A program made the translations under genes and the position numbers. A stretch of DNA of 64,000 nucleotides from an uncultured Methylomirabilota bacterium (lineage in GTDB: Bacteria > Methylomirabilota > Methylomirabilia > Methylomirabilales > 2-02-FULL-66-22), in the NCBI GenBank assembly GCA_963845565.1, contig CAWJSJ010000002.1:2656001-2720000 (forward strand). Direction: 5' to 3'. The notes beneath the pieces are model-generated. The model ran no database searches, was not told the origin of the DNA, and saw only the letters and a list, made by a program, of their open reading frames with translations. This document shows positions 61,467 through 64,000 of the stretch, in pieces; positions within the stretch are counted from its first letter, which is position 1; the number at the start of each line of letters is the position of its first letter.

Positions 61467-63341
61467 TTAGAACTCCCGCAGGGATTCGTGAATCCCCTTG
61501 TGAACCTCGTACCAGAAGCCGAGCGCGGCTTCTTGCTTGTCCGTCTCGAAGCGGCCGATCCACTCGGCGAGCTCCGCGTCCGTGCTGCCGTCCACATCGC
61601 GGTGCCGCTTCAGGAAGGTGTGGACGTAGTCCGCGCTCCGCCCGGATTCCCAGAAGATGGAGGAGTTCCGGCTGTTGATCCGGCTGGCCGTTCGGGCGAG
61701 GCCCTTCAGGAACGGCTCTTTTTGGCCATACAGGGAGCCGATCACCTCGGGCAGCATCTCCTCGGCCCAGAGGCGGTGGAACCGGCACATCCCCAGGTTG
61801 TCCATGATCAGTTCGTCCCGGAAGCGCTGGGCGTTGATGCGCCCCAGCTTCCGGGGCGGCATGAACTCGGCGCCGTAGTACATGTAGTACTTTCCCATGA
61901 TGGCCATGGGAGAGAGGGCGCCCGGCGTCCAGTATTGATTCGGCACCATCCAGCCCTTGCGGGCGTACGCCAGGTACACGAAGGGGTCCAGGATCGCCTT
62001 GCCCTTCTCCCGTGCCAAGCGCCGCGCCAGCCGCCGGGCGCCGTCCTCCAAGTTGAGGACGCCGCGCTTGGCGACGATGGCGTCGAGGAGCTCGACGCCG
62101 AGCTCGGCATTTCCCAGCGAATCGGTCTCGAGGCTGAAACCTCGGGGGGAGAAGGCGGGCTGGCGCGTCACCCCCAGCTCGTTCGGGGTGAGTAGCCCCT
62201 TGGCGAGACACTCCATCAGCCAGGACAGGACGCCGCCCACCGAGATGGCGTCGAAGCCGTACGTGTCGGCGTGATGGTTCAAGCGCTCGGCGCCGCGCTG
62301 GTCGAAGATGCCGCAGAGCGGTCCCATGGTCTGGTAGGGCTCGTAGTCCTTCTTGAATTCGTCCCGCATCTTCTTGCACACGGCGGAGCAGGGCTCGCCG
62401 CAGGTATGCTGCTGCTTGGTCTGGATGGTCTCCTCGTTGAACTGGCGGAGGTAGTGATTGAGGATGAATTTCTCGTGGATCTCTTTCCGCTCGCCCTCCT
62501 CGAGGTAGATGGTGGAGTAGTTGAACGCCAGCAAGCGTCCGCCGATGGTGGCGTAGTTGACGCCGAAGGTGCCGCCGGTGTCGAACTTCGGGTCATACCG
62601 GTACTTGACGGTGGACTCGAGGTCCTTGGCGCTCAGTTTCTTCTGGTATTTGTCCTGGAACCACTGGTCGGCGACGCTGCGGTCACGGAAGTCCTCGTCG
62701 GCGAAGGTTCCGCCGTAGATCACGGCGGCGATCCCGTGCTGCTGCAGCATCTTGCTGCCCAGGCCGCCGCGGCCGGCCCAGGTGTCCACGTGGGAGAGCG
62801 TGCCGCGGGACATCGGGACCGAGCCGATGGCCCCGAAGTCGGTGGCCGCCGCAGCGGGCCCCACCGCCAGCACACGCGGGTCGGTCGTGTAGGCGCCGCC
62901 GCACTGCTCGACGGCGTGATCCATCAGGGCGTAGACGCCGCCCCGGCCGCCTCCCCAGATGCGCGGGAGATCCAGCGGGACGAGCTTCACGTCGATCTCC
63001 TCGCCGTGCGTCCGGTTGAGGTAGAGCAGCGACGGTGTCGGCGCCCGGCCAACGAGAGACACCATGTTGATGCCGAGATTGTCGAAGATCAGGCCGGCGC
63101 CCCCCATGGAGGAGACGAAGAACCCGCCCCAGCACGGGGAGAAGCCCGTGAAGATCAGCCGGTTCGAGCCCGGAAAGATGGAGCCGGCCAGGAGCCCGAC
63201 GCCGATGTTCAGGCTGTTGTGCCGCCCGGCCAGGTACAGTCCCAGATCCACTGGGCCGAAGAAATCCCCCACCGGGAAGCGGGTGACCCGGTAATACCCG
63301 GTCGCCGCATCCACGAATAGCACCTTCTGATGTGCGTCCAC
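61467..63341 (-). CDS. Aldehyde:ferredoxin oxidoreductase family W/Mo enzyme, GAPOR-like
   Basis: SSMGGAG, WAGRGGLGS, GGTFG, CGEPCSAVCKK, KDYEPY, DTYGFDAIS, DNLGMCRFHR. Confidence 0.85.
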   Translation of the reverse strand: MDAHQKVLFVDAATGYYRVTRFPVGDFFGPVDLGLYLAGRHNSLNIGVGLLAGSIFPGSNRLIFTGFSPCWGGFFVSSMGGAGLIFDNLGINMVSLVGRAPTPSLLYLNRTHGEEIDVKLVPLDLPRIWGGGRGGVYALMDHAVEQCGGAYTTDPRVLAVGPAAAATDFGAIGSVPMSRGTLSHVDTWAGRGGLGSKMLQQHGIAAVIYGGTFADEDFRDRSVADQWFQDKYQKKLSAKDLESTVKYRYDPKFDTGGTFGVNYATIGGRLLAFNYSTIYLEEGERKEIHEKFILNHYLRQFNEETIQTKQQHTCGEPCSAVCKKMRDEFKKDYEPYQTMGPLCGIFDQRGAERLNHHADTYGFDAISVGGVLSWLMECLAKGLLTPNELGVTRQPAFSPRGFSLETDSLGNAELGVELLDAIVAKRGVLNLEDGARRLARRLAREKGKAILDPFVYLAYARKGWMVPNQYWTPGALSPMAIMGKYYMYYGAEFMPPRKLGRINAQRFRDELIMDNLGMCRFHRLWAEEMLPEVIGSLYGQKEPFLKGLARTASRINSRNSSIFWESGRSADYVHTFLKRHRDVDGSTDAELAEWIGRFETDKQEAALGFWYEVHKGIHESLREF

Positions 63342-63485
63342 GACGTTCCCCTTTCTGTGTTGCGGGCGTTTTCTCCTGCACAGCATACCACGGTAACCCG
63401 CCGCCCGCGGTGGGCGAAAGCGCGCCGGGGGTCTCTGGGGGGAATGCACGCGCGGCGTCCGGGCGCGATGCCGTGCCGGTTCGAC

Positions 63486-64000
63486 CTACTCCCCGTCTTT
63501 GTACTGGGTGGCCTTGATGGCCTCTTCGCGGATCAGGTCGAGGGCACGCTTCTTGAGGTGCAGGAACGTCTCCGAGGATTTCATCTCGTACCGGCGGGGC
63601 CGTTCCAGCGGGACATCGATCTCGGCCTTGATCCGCCCGGGCCGGGCGGTCATGACGAAGACGCGGTCGGAGAGGAAGATCGCCTCCTCGACGTCGTGGG
63701 TGACGAAGAGGATCGTCTGGTGGAACTCTTCCCAGATCTGGGTGAGCAGTTCCTGCATCAGCGCGCGGGTCTGCGCGTCGAGCGCCCCGAAGGGTTCGTC
63801 GAGGAGGAGGACGTCGGGGTTGTTGGCGAGGGCCCGCGCGATGGCCACCCGCTGCTTCATCCCGCCCGAGAGCGCCTTGGGGTAGGCGTGCTCGAAGCCC
63901 CGGAGCCCAACCTTGGCCACGAACTGCTGAGCGATGGTCTCCTGTTCGTCCTTGGCCAAGCCGGTAACTTGCAGGCCGAATTGGATGTTCTGGCGGACCG
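63486..64000 (-). CDS. NitT/TauT family ABC transporter ATP-binding protein, 5'-truncated by window edge
   Basis: [50 protein letters not shown]. Confidence 0.92.
   Translation of the reverse strand, partial: VRQNIQFGLQVTGLAKDEQETIAQQFVAKVGLRGFEHAYPKALSGGMKQRVAIARALANNPDVLLLDEPFGALDAQTRALMQELLTQIWEEFHQTILFVTHDVEEAIFLSDRVFVMTARPGRIKAEIDVPLERPRRYEMKSSETFLHLKKRALDLIREEAIKATQYKDGE

Overview
High-GC bacterial chromosomal segment, mostly housekeeping and respiratory genes. The lineage is not determinable from this window; gene content would fit Methylomirabilota/Rokubacteria-like or deltaproteobacterium-like organisms (inference only). Order: response regulator (partial), lipoprotein, sigma54-preceded type IV pilin, HpcH aldolase, PHP hydrolase; an ahbAB-ccmABCDEFGH(I)-mqnE-mqnC operon; CinA, tandem-PilZ protein, rtcB, Rieske ferredoxin; a minus-strand hybrid T2SS/type IV pilus cluster; ctaA/ctaB converging on an alternative complex III (actA-F, G-like) + SCO + caa3 (type A2) oxidase operon; ABC-2 transporter; nrdJ with tandem NrdR boxes, dcd; DUF485-actP; a metallophosphoesterase and a membrane sCache-PAS-CBS-DUF294 nucleotidyltransferase; TPP enzyme; FTCD with an inserted C2H2-like finger; PIN/Phd toxin-antitoxin; EamA; GAPOR-like oxidoreductase; partial ABC ATPase. 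Four genes (gspF, coxA, nrdJ, eamA) each carry one extra base, most likely sequencing errors. Best candidate for an undescribed system: the Cache-sensor nucleotidyltransferase plus phosphoesterase beside the acetate permease, with the permease module bracketed by a 27/28-bp inverted repeat pair. All family assignments come from motif recognition, not database searches.
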